Shown: piece by piece, positions 1-9,500 of the stretch | Position numbering within the stretch: the first letter of the stretch is position 1 | How the letters are laid out: each line of letters begins with the position of its first letter | Assembly (NCBI GenBank): GCA_037447605.1 | Contig: CM074807.1 | Coordinates: 3,236,829-3,300,828, forward strand | Source: Zygnema circumcarinatum SAG 698-1b | Lineage: Eukaryota > Plantae > Zygnematophyceae | Length of the DNA: 64,000 bases | Direction of reading: 5' to 3' | Notes under the pieces: model-generated | Seen by the model: the letters and a program-made list of their open reading frames with translations, nothing else | Told to the model about the DNA's origin: nothing | Database searches by the model: none | Made by a program: the position numbers and the translations under genes

Positions 1-3000
1 CATAACTGACCGGGTGTTCCCCATCCGGGAAGGCTTGACTGGCCACTGCCCCAAATCCCGTCTGACTCCAGTCAGCGTCAATGATGGTTGGCAGGGTGGG
101 GTCAAATTGATGCAGACAAGGAGCCTGAAGGAGGGCACTCTTGAGCGCGTGGAAGGCCAAATCCTGCGCTCGGCTCCATTCGTATTGGACTCCGTGCTTC
201 TCCAAGGCATGTAGGGGACGTGCGATAAGGGCATAGCCCTTGATGAACCGGCGATAGAATGAGGTGAGCCCCAAGAAGGACTTGAGCTGAGTGAGGGTCT
301 GTGGAATCGGCATAAGGGCAATCGCTTCAATCTTGTCGAGTGATGGTTTCAGGCCATTGATGCCGAGGCGGTGCCCGAGATGAGTGATCTCCTGATGGCC
401 CCATTTGCACTTCTTGGGTGCAATCTTCAAACGCGCACTAATGAGCTGTTGAAGCACTTGGTCAATGTGTTGCAGGTGGGAGGACCAGTCCTTGCTGTGG
501 AGGGATGCATCATCCACGTAAGGCTCGCAGAAGGCGCGACAGGGGCCGAATACCTGGTTGGCCAGGCGCTGGTGAGTCTGGCTGGAATTCTTGAGCCCAA
601 AGGGAAGCACTGTCCACTGCACGAAGCGTGTGGCTGTGCGCAGCCCTGTCTTGCAGCGATCGGCCTGTCGCAGGGGAATCTGCCAGAAGGACTTCTGCAT
701 GTCCAGGGCCGAGAACCATCGGTCCTCAGGGGAGACGCCGTGGAGAATCAGGTCCACATCCGGTAACGTATAAGGATCCCACTTCGTTATGGCATTCAGT
801 TTCCGATAGTCACCACAGAAGCGGAGTGTGCCATCCGGCTTTGGGGGCAGAACGGCCGGGCTGGCCCAAGGCCCTTCTCCGGGTTCCATCAAGCCGGCTG
901 CCACGTTCTCATCGATCTGTCGTTCGACATCGGCCTGCTGAGCGGCGGAAAAGCGGTAGGGAGTCATGGTCATCACGGGAGGTGCATCCCCCGTATCGAT
1001 GTGGTGCTCAATCAGGTGGGTCTTGCCGATGTCGAGTGAATGTCGTGCGAAAACTAGGTGATTTCGGCGCAGCACTTGGCGTAGTTGAGAATGCTTGATC
1101 GGGTCTGAGAGTACTGCTGGCCCCAATCGCATCTGACCCTCTATCTCCAGCCACTCTTCATCACTGATGGTCTCGTGGGCTGGGAAGCTGGGTGCAGCTA
1201 TCACCGGCGGCAAAAGTTCCTCCGTCGGCGCACAGAGGGCTGGACTCGGGGGAGCAGGAGGGGAAGTCTCGTCATCGGTATCAGAATTAGCCGATCCGTA
1301 GGAAGAATGGGGGCTGCCGACAGCATGGTACATGGTGATCTCTGGGTAGGAGACCTGCGCCGTGGCGTGGCGTTTGGGGAAGGCGGAGGTGGCAAGGGAC
1401 TCGAGGATGATGGGGAAGGAGCAGTCTGTCCCGCCAGCAGATAAGTGCAGCTGACACGTAGCAAAGTCGATTTGTGCTCCCATCGCAATGAGCCAATCTG
1501 AGCCCAGCAGGATAGAATAGTGCTCAGCGGCCGTGATGACCGCATTCACCGTGGCTCCCATCTCGCCAAGGCTGATGATCACTTGGGCACTGCCCAATCC
1601 TTCATGTAGGCTCCCCTCAACCCCCACATATCGGGGAATGGGCTCGAGCGTCTTGTCCAACTTAACCCCTGCAGCCTTCATCACTGGCTTGGACAGAACT
1701 GTGCGCATAGCTCCTGTGTCGATCATGGCTTTGCTTGGATGACCGTTTAGCCATACATTGACAATGATTCGCACGTTGGGTGTTGGGATCAGAGGAAGAA
1801 CGTGAATCTGGCGAGGAGGATGGCGGGGAGAGCGAACTGGGTCTGGAAGAGGCGCCGTGGCCATGTGGTGGATATCTGCCGGCGAGGGGATGTCCGGAGG
1901 AGGTGCCATGGGAACCGTGGGAGGCCGCAGGGTGGCCTCTGCACTGTCGGCCAGCTTACGAACTACGGCTGCAGCACCTGGTACCAGCTGCATCAACTGT
2001 GACAAGGTAATGCCGATCTTAGCCTTGTCTCCCATGAGCTGATGAACCATGCGTTCAATCAGGGATAGGCCGTCTGTCGGGGGGGGTGGTCGACGATCGG
2101 CTGCTTGGGGGTAGAAACGGGCTGCCCGAGGGCGATGGGGCGGGTTGACATGCATTTCTTCTGTCGCCGGTGCTGTCGGCTCTGGCTGCGCCTCTGTCGG
2201 CTCCTCCTCATCGGGATCGTCAGTTTCCTCCTCAGGCATGGATCCCAAGGGATGACCTGTGGAAGGAGGGAGGACTGAAGTTCTCCGGACAGGGGTGGCG
2301 ACCGGTGGAGCCGTGCTAGAGGAGCTGGCGCCGTTGACATTGGCAGGGAGGAAGGGCAGGGGATGAGCATGAGGATCGCTTTGGTTGACAGGGAGCCTGC
2401 GCAAGGCAGTTGCAATCTCGGCGATCCTGGCTTGAGCACCCTCTTCAGAATTGATGGGTGATTCAGACCAAGCCGGCTGTAATGCCGCGGCAATCTGTGC
2501 AGTGCGGGCGCGGGCAGCCAGATCGGGCTCGGCCCCTAATGCGTTTGTCAAGGAAGGGGACTCCATGGGGTGCAGATGGATAGGCGGACGTTGCAGGATG
2601 GTATAAGCGGGTGAAGGAGGTGGAGGCGAGCGAAAGGGAGCCGGAGTTCTTGGTGGTGTGTGAGTAGCCGGGAGCATGTCCATGAAGGTGATCTCTGCAG
2701 GTGAGCTCCCTGCAGCTGCCTCTTTCCCCTTTCGGGCCTTCTCACTTGAGAGTCTCCGCATGCATACACGGGCATCATGTCCCGTGATCTGGCAGAAGGT
2801 GCAGGTCCATGGTCCACAACGCAGCCGCGGATTATGATTCAGGCCGCAGGCAAGGCAAACGCCCTCTGGAACCCCTGCCTCTGTCATCCGACGGCGCAAA
2901 TCGGCTCTGGCGGCTTCTCTCTCTTCGGGTGTTCGATCGGAGTAAGGACCCCGATATCCTGGACGAGAAACATCGGGTATGTGAGGATTCACCGACGGCT

Positions 3001-4447
3001 CAATGGGATGCGCAGGATCATGAGGGTATGGGGAAAGGGGAAGGGGCTTGGTCGCGTTGGCTATAGCCAGAGGCTGCACCACAGGGGCTGCCCGGACGTC
3101 CTGAGCAGGGATGCCGGAGAAAGACGGCTTGTTCCTAGAAGATGTAGCGTAGGGATCATACAACTGTTGATTCTGTGTCTTCAGGAACTGCTGGTAGAGT
3201 CGATCTTGTCGTGGATCTGTAGCATTCATGTAATGTGGTCGTACATGTCGGTTGCCTCTCTCTTGATCCTTCTGAATTCGCTCTGCCCTTTCTAACAATG
3301 CCTGGGCATCTGCTGGTGGGTTGTCGCGCAGCTCACGATCCAGGTGGAGATCCTTCTCGCTGATGGCCTTGCGGAACCACTGGAGAACTTCGGGAAAGTC
3401 AGGCAAGTTCTCGATCGTATTTGCCATGCGCACGAAACGCTCAGTGAATTCGAACAGCCGCTCATCACTGTAGCACTCTATGTAGCGAAGGCGGTCTAGC
3501 ACAGTGATTGGATCTGAAATCCAGCGTTTTCTGAAAGCTTGCTTGAATGTGTCCCTTGTCAGGTTGCCGACGACATCCGCTTTGTGCCAGTTTCGGGACA
3601 GCTTCCAGTTGACTGCCTCTCCTTCCAGCGCTCCAAGGGCCAGCTTGATCCACTGGTCTTCCTTCAGGTCTGCTTGCGCTGCCTTCTCCTCAAGATGTCT
3701 CAGCCAGGCTTCTGCATCTTCCTGCTTGCCGGTGAAACCTCTAGTGATGATGCCCGTGGTATCCCTCACCTCACTCTTTTCAGGAATCATGGCTATCAGT
3801 TTTGTCATCATCTCTTCCATCTTGCTGGGAAACTCAGATCTGACACGTGTGCTTCTCTGCAGGTTGGTGCGAAAGCTGGAGGGTCCTTGCGATCGTCCTG
3901 CCCTTGCCCCTGAAGCCGCTCGCCTGGGGCTGCCGGATGGGTAAGTTGTGAACGCCGGAGGTGAGGGTGTCTTCTGAGGAATCCCTTGCTCTGCTGTAGG
4001 ACTGCGTGCCGCTGCTGTGCTTGAAGGGACTCCTGGTGCAGTAGTTATCCGACTGAGATCCCGTGGGTTCTGTCTCTGGTGGGCCGCGGTGGGGACCTCA
4101 GGTTCGAACGGCACTCCTCTCTTCACGGCATCTGCGGCCGTGACAGCGACTGGGCAGGCTGCAAGCTTGATCATCCGGCGTGCATATTGCCAGCGGAGTT
4201 TATGGCCATCACTGCCTAGATGGAGTCGCTGCAGCTCTTCAATCGAGTCGATCTGCTCAAGGTAAGCCAGACTGGGATAAGGGTTCTCTTCGGTGATGCC
4301 CATCTTCAGTCTCTCTCTGACTGCTTCTTCCTCTGAGTCTGAATCCGTCCTTGGATTTCCGATCGCCTGTTCTTCTTGAGGTCCCAAGTCTTCATCTGAA
4401 TACTCATGAAGATCTGCTTGTCCCTCTTGTTGCAGCTCTTCATCCAT
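1..4447 (-). CDS. Gag-Pol polyprotein in a single frame, 3'-partial (over 1480 aa)
   Basis: ATG at 4447 in context accgccATGG. Same frame carries gag (MEEMMTKL...FRKRW, from 3820), a CX2CX4HX4C knuckle CTFCQITGHDARVC (2803-2762), protease IDTG (1723-1712) and LLGSDWL, RT motifs DYRKLN, ALDMQKSFWQI, LPFGLKN, YVDD (520-509), and RNase H start IIDADWSQTGFGAV. It is absent from the ORF track, consistent with no stop before the window edge; I did not check every codon. Confidence 0.88.
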   Translation of the reverse strand, partial: MDEELQQEGQADLHEYSDEDLGPQEEQAIGNPRTDSDSEEEAVRERLKMGITEENPYPSLAYLEQIDSIEELQRLHLGSDGHKLRWQYARRMIKLAACPVAVTAADAVKRGVPFEPEVPTAAHQRQNPRDLSRITTAPGVPSSTAAARSPTAEQGIPQKTPSPPAFTTYPSGSPRRAASGARAGRSQGPSSFRTNLQRSTRVRSEFPSKMEEMMTKLIAMIPEKSEVRDTTGIITRGFTGKQEDAEAWLRHLEEKAAQADLKEDQWIKLALGALEGEAVNWKLSRNWHKADVVGNLTRDTFKQAFRKRWISDPITVLDRLRYIECYSDERLFEFTERFVRMANTIENLPDFPEVLQWFRKAISEKDLHLDRELRDNPPADAQALLERAERIQKDQERGNRHVRPHYMNATDPRQDRLYQQFLKTQNQQLYDPYATSSRNKPSFSGIPAQDVRAAPVVQPLAIANATKPLPLSPYPHDPAHPIEPSVNPHIPDVSRPGYRGPYSDRTPEEREAARADLRRRMTEAGVPEGVCLACGLNHNPRLRCGPWTCTFCQITGHDARVCMRRLSSEKARKGKEAAAGSSPAEITFMDMLPATHTPPRTPAPFRSPPPPSPAYTILQRPPIHLHPMESPSLTNALGAEPDLAARARTAQIAAALQPAWSESPINSEEGAQARIAEIATALRRLPVNQSDPHAHPLPFLPANVNGASSSSTAPPVATPVRRTSVLPPSTGHPLGSMPEEETDDPDEEEPTEAQPEPTAPATEEMHVNPPHRPRAARFYPQAADRRPPPPTDGLSLIERMVHQLMGDKAKIGITLSQLMQLVPGAAAVVRKLADSAEATLRPPTVPMAPPPDIPSPADIHHMATAPLPDPVRSPRHPPRQIHVLPLIPTPNVRIIVNVWLNGHPSKAMIDTGAMRTVLSKPVMKAAGVKLDKTLEPIPRYVGVEGSLHEGLGSAQVIISLGEMGATVNAVITAAEHYSILLGSDWLIAMGAQIDFATCQLHLSAGGTDCSFPIILESLATSAFPKRHATAQVSYPEITMYHAVGSPHSSYGSANSDTDDETSPPAPPSPALCAPTEELLPPVIAAPSFPAHETISDEEWLEIEGQMRLGPAVLSDPIKHSQLRQVLRRNHLVFARHSLDIGKTHLIEHHIDTGDAPPVMTMTPYRFSAAQQADVERQIDENVAAGLMEPGEGPWASPAVLPPKPDGTLRFCGDYRKLNAITKWDPYTLPDVDLILHGVSPEDRWFSALDMQKSFWQIPLRQADRCKTGLRTATRFVQWTVLPFGLKNSSQTHQRLANQVFGPCRAFCEPYVDDASLHSKDWSSHLQHIDQVLQQLISARLKIAPKKCKWGHQEITHLGHRLGINGLKPSLDKIEAIALMPIPQTLTQLKSFLGLTSFYRRFIKGYALIARPLHALEKHGVQYEWSRAQDLAFHALKSALLQAPCLHQFDPTLPTIIDADWSQTGFGAVASQAFPDGEHPVSY

Positions 4448-4517
4448 GGCGGTTGTGACACGGGTCACAGGATCGGCAGCCTCACGTATCAAGGTACGTG
4501 GATCTGCAAAACCTTCA

Positions 4518-4529
4518 GCTCTGATACCA
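4518..4529 (-). promoter_or_regulatory. Primer binding site complementary to initiator tRNA-Met
   Basis: Minus-strand TGGTATCAGAGC, directly 3' of the LTR and about 70 nt before the gag ATG. Confidence 0.92.
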
Positions 4530-4530
4530 A

Positions 4531-5471
4531 GATAAGTGGGGTTAAGAGGAGACTGCTGAGCTAGTTGCAGGTGCTGTACGGCCACTCGCGCGTCCGTGCT
4601 GAAACTGATAAAGGGTTGTGTTGGTCCTGTGGGTCTGCCTGCAGCATAGAGCCAGGATCCAGGAGATTCAGAGGTACGCGCAGCGGAAGACGTAGGGATC
4701 TTGAAGATGTTCCCACCGGCGGCTGGACTCGATGCGCAACGAGCCCTTCCTTAGGGGCTCTCTTCCCCTGTCCTCTCCTCGGCTAGTCTCTTAGCCAAGC
4801 TTCTGGTTATCATTGGTCATTGGGAGGGATGCAAGGCAGGATAGAACAAGATGGTAGCTTGGCATAGTGACAGCAAAGGGAAAACAGGACTCAATTTAGA
4901 TAAAGGTTGTATTTTGGAAGGTCACCCCAGCCAGCAGTTGGCTGGGGATAGTCATTGAAATGAGAAAGGATCTTCTCACCAGTATCTCTTTACAATGCAA
5001 AGCACAAGGCTGAATGGGACGTCCTAAAATGCTATCAGCAAGAAGACTCTTTCTCTCTCTCTCTCTCTCTCTATCTATGGCATGGAACTCTCTCTCGCTC
5101 TCACACTTAGCATCTGTTGCTGGAACTGAAGAGGAAGAAGAGAAGAACAAGACAACAAACCACACAGCAAATACAAATACTAAGCCCAGCGCTAAAAGAC
5201 AAACAAGCATCACTGACATCCCATCTACCTAACACTGACAATAGATCTTGAGCCTTAGTAGTGACAGTCCCTGATTGGCCAACTGCCCACTGAGTGGCCT
5301 GACTGACTGCGTGGAGCCTTCGGATATGTCAACTGATGACAATCGGCGGCATCTTGCGGCGCTTCCGAGTGCGCCTAGCTGGATGGTGTGCTGTCCCGTG
5401 GGCCGCCAACAAATGGCGCCGCCGTCTCGCATTTTCCGTCGGCAATTCCTGGATCAGGCCGGTCCGTGACA
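4531..5471 (-). repeat. 5' LTR (~940 bp)
   Basis: Begins TGTCACGGACC on the minus strand and ends next to the PBS. The end reads ...CACTTATC(T) rather than a clean CA. The second LTR is outside the window, so boundaries are inferred. Confidence 0.65.
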
Positions 5472-5900
5472 CTGAATATGAACATGTCAAGTACAACTGA
5501 ACGGGCGCGGATCCGTCGAACGCAGCTCCGTTGCGCTACATCGTTTCGGCGTTGGCGTTGCGAAATGCGTCCGTCTGGTTCACTCTGTCTGCTCGTGCAT
5601 CCGTACCGCATAATACCGTACAGTCGTTCGACCGTACGACCGTGCGACCGTACATGTTGTAAAGGCGTTGTAAATTAATATATATCAGCCGTTATCTAGT
5701 CGTCACAGTTGTATAATATAATATATAATATATAGTCGTAACTAATCCATCCCTACACACGACAAAAAGGTCTCCCTTACTCTGTACGGCCCCCGTTAGT
5801 GGGCCCATTCCTACCAACGGTTGGCCAATGGTTGGCGATTCAACGGTCGGACAAGTGAAACCGCTCTGCGAAAAACATACCGTAGAGATCAAACTTTCAA

Positions 5901-5918
5901 TAGCGGGTGTCAGACTTA
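5901..5918 (+). mobile_element. Solo terminus of the MITE family seen at 48130-48286
   Basis: TAGCGGGTGTCAGACTTA matches TAGGGGGTGTCAGACTTA (48128-48145) at 17/18 positions; no partner inverted repeat nearby. Confidence 0.5.
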
Positions 5919-6520
5919 GCCCGGAGCGTACTAAATTCCCGAATTTAGTAATACTAAAATTCAAAGTTTCGTGTACGAATTCCGGATCGGGATCCGCGGC
6001 TCCGCCGAACCCAGCCGCATCGAAATACGTACCTAGCCAATGCTTGATTCGCCCGACAGGTTTACTAAATCGATTTGCCCATGTGTTAAATCTGATCTTT
6101 ATTTCTCTAGCGGGATGAGGCTTGAGGCCACCATGTTCACATTTACACCATGGTTAAACATGTCCATCATGTTCACATGCCCATCATGTTGATCGAGTTA
6201 CATAGGATGTGACCATGTTGAGCAAGCTGCAACTACATGGGTGCATGTTGTTCCTCTTATCATCAAATCACATCATCCTCATCCCCTATGTACAATGGAG
6301 CCCCCCATCACTCACCATATAACCCCCATACCCACATCACACATACTATCTCTCCAAACCCTGAGAGCCCACGACCCCATCTCCTCGCCCATCATGTCAT
6401 CCGCATCGCTATCACCTCCTCGTTCCTCCTTCCTCTCTCCTTGACTCCCATTGCCTCCCGCTCTCACTTCCCTCCCACACCCCTAGGCTGCCTCTACTCT
6501 CTCCCAACCTCCCTCCCATT

Positions 6521-9500
6521 TCAGTGTTCTCCCATTCCTCCTGAATGCCAGAATTCAGGCCCTCCTGCATGTCCCTCACTCATAGGCAGCAGAGTTGGGC
6601 TTCCTTCCGACGCAAACTCCTCTGCGTCCGCATTTAAATCGAACCCTCCACGGAAATGTGCCGTCTCCCGCGCTCTCCCCATCCCTCCCAAAAGGCCATC
6701 CTCACTACCACTCTCCTCACGCTCTTCCTCTTCCGGGGCAGCATTCATATCAATCTCCATAGGGTGCCTCCCAGTCCCCCACTCCTGCCGCTTCTCTTCC
6801 TCTTCCACCTCACCCTCCCCTTCTCGCTCTCCCTCTCCCTCTCCTTCTCCCTCTCCCTCTCCCTCTCCCTCTCCCTCTCCATCTTCCACTTCCTCCTCTT
6901 CCTCGTCCTCTTCCTCTTCCTCTTCCTCTCCCTCGCCCTCTCCCTCTCCTTCTACCTCTCCCTCTCCCTCTCCCACCCCCTCTCCAACCCCCTCTCCTTC
7001 TCCGTCTCCTACTTCCGCATCCACTGCCTCCGCCTCCACCTCTCCCTCCTCCTCCTCCTCCTCTTCCTCCTCCTCCACCTCCTCCTCATCCTCTTCCTCC
7101 TGCTCCTCCTCCTCCTCCTCCTCTTCCTCTTCCTCTTCCTCCTCCTCTAACTCCTCCTCCCCATCTTCGCCGCCTTCTTCAACATTTGCTTCTGATGGAA
7201 CGGAACCTTCTTCGAAGCTTCTCTCAAATCCCTCCACCTCCCCTCTCTTCATGTTCTCTTCCTGCTCCCAAGCTGTGGGAGGAGTTGAAGTTCCCCCTTC
7301 CTCAGTAGACAAATTTCCATCCTCGGCCACAAGGCCAAGCGGAGAAGGAGAAGACTCTTGTGTAGCATCTGTTCCTTGGCTTGAAATCAAATTGCAACCA
7401 TTTTCTTTCTTTAGCCCGGAATCCCTCTCTTCGCCTCCTCCCTCAACAGCAGAAGGAACCCCAATCCCCCCACTCTCTGCTACCTCCATTTTTTTTTCAA
7501 ACCGCAAAAACGAAAGTTCCCTGCGAAAGTTGGTACAGCGGTCTGCATTTGGGAGCTCTTGAATGAGTCGGCAAATGACGGGGTGGGAGAGGCCGTACAT
7601 CTCCGTTCCATTGATGGCAACCTGCCGGCACGGCAGATGGTGGGAGGAGGGAAGGAGGGGGGGGGAAGAGAGAGTGAGAGTGAGAGGCAGAGAGAGGTGG
7701 AGAGCGAGTGGAGAAAGAAAAAAGGAGGGAGAACAGTTGAACACTCTTCCTGTAAACCCTCCCAAACTCTCACCTCATAGCAACAACCAAACGAGCAACA
7801 AACAAAAAATTTGAAGTAGGAAAGGACCCAAGAAAAAAAAAGCCCCCCNNNNNNNNNNCCCCCCCCCCCCCCCCCCCCCCCCCAAAAAAAAAGCCCTCCC
7901 CTGCCCACTCCTCCACTTCCCTCTCTCCCTCCCCATCCCTCTCCCCCACCTTCTCTCTCTCTATCCCCTGCAGTCGGTTCTGCAGCATGCAGACTGCTGC
8001 CCAAGCACCGGAAGCTGAGTCTTTCTCCACTGCAAGATGGGGGGGCTCGTTTTGGACTATGCGGAAGGAGGGCCCTCCTACTCCAGTGTCCACTATGGAG
8101 CAGGTGAAGGAGGAGCGGGAGAGGGAGGGAGAGAGAGAGAGAGCCCTGCGGGAGGCAGCGGGAGAGTGTTCGCGGATGATAGTGAAGCCGGCAGGGAAGA
8201 TGTGACGCTCGGTATGCCATCCAGCGCGGTCCGCGACAATGTGGCCCTGGGGAGGGAGAGTGGGAGAGGGAAAGGTGGGAGAGGGAAGTGGGAGGAGAGA
8301 GAGATGGGAGAGGAGGGAGGTGAGAAGGGGAAGAGTATGGAGAGGGGAGAGGGCGAGGGGAGAGGTGGGAGAGGGGAGAGATGAGAGACGAAGAGGTGGG
8401 AGTGGGGAGAGGTAGGGAGAGGAAGAAGGGAGAGGTGGATGTGCATAGAGAGAGAGTGGGGAGCTCATAAGCAGGTTTGACATTTCACATATAATTGAGT
8501 TTCAAGAACTTTTTCATGTACTTATTACTTCTTATTTCTCTCCTTCTCTCTCTCTCTCTCTCTTCCCTCTCTCTCTCTTTCTCCCTTTCTCACCAGGTCG
8601 ACCAATCGAAGGCGATCTGTGAGCACCAAAGGGAGCCGAGGCATCCCATTTTCATCGCGAGGAACTTCAATAATTTTTGTATATTTCGCCTTTTTTGGGA
8701 GTCTCTCCCTCTCCCTCTCCCTCTCCCTTTCCCCCTCGTCGTAGCCCCCCTCCTCTCCCTCCCTCTGCCACGTGGCAGCCTCCCGTTGGGCGGCGCTGCG
8801 CTTTCCTGGCAGTAAGCCGGACCCTCCTTCAGCTTTAGGGTTTGTATCGATTTTCTTTGCCTTCACGCTTCTCCTTGACTGCTGCGGCAAAACAATGCAG
8901 TTAGAAATCCCTCTCTCTCTCTCTCTCTCTCTCTCTCCCCCTCTCTTGCCCCCATATCCTCCAACTCTTTCTAACCTGCTCTCCCTTCCACTCCCTCTCA
9001 CCCTGATTCCCTTCCCGACAACCTCCTTCCCCTTCTTCCCTCTCTGCTCTGCTCTGCTCTCTCCGCTCTCTCCTCTCTCTCTTTGCTTTGCTCTCTGCTT
9101 CTGTACCCCCTCCAGCTCTCCCACCTCGCCCACCCTTGCCGTCTCACGCTCTCTCTCCTCCCTTCCCCCCTCCTCACTATTCGAATCCCTCTCTTCGAAC
9201 AATTCAAAACAAATTTAATCTCGTCCCACTACCCCAGATTACGGAATCTAATAAAAAATTGTTGCATTTGAACCCTTAATCTTCCAAGTAAAGCATTTAT
9301 TGACTGATTTTTCCTTGAGTGAAAAACTGCCCCTCCATACCTTTGCCATCTGCCTCTTCAGCAACTTCTCCACATACTTCAATCGCCGCACCAACACCTT
9401 CGTGTGTATTACCACTCCCCCGTCCACTCTCGCACCCTCTCTCACCTTCTCTCCCTCTCCCTCTCCCTCTCCCTTTCCCCCCCTCTCTCCCTCCTTCCTC

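Larger units (their letters stand above)
1..5471 (-). mobile_element. Ty3/Gypsy LTR retrotransposon, 5' half (LTR-PBS-gag-PR-RT-start of RNase H); continues beyond the left window edge
   Basis: Domain order gag, protease, RT, RNase H on the minus strand; PBS TGGTATCAGAGC; LTR-like segment starting TGTCACGG at 5471. Confidence 0.93.

Noticed and set aside
6237-7562. 441-aa Ser/Pro-rich plus-strand ORF resembling an extensin or mucin
   Set aside because: It is the antisense shadow of the Glu/Gly tail of the minus-strand FYR gene.
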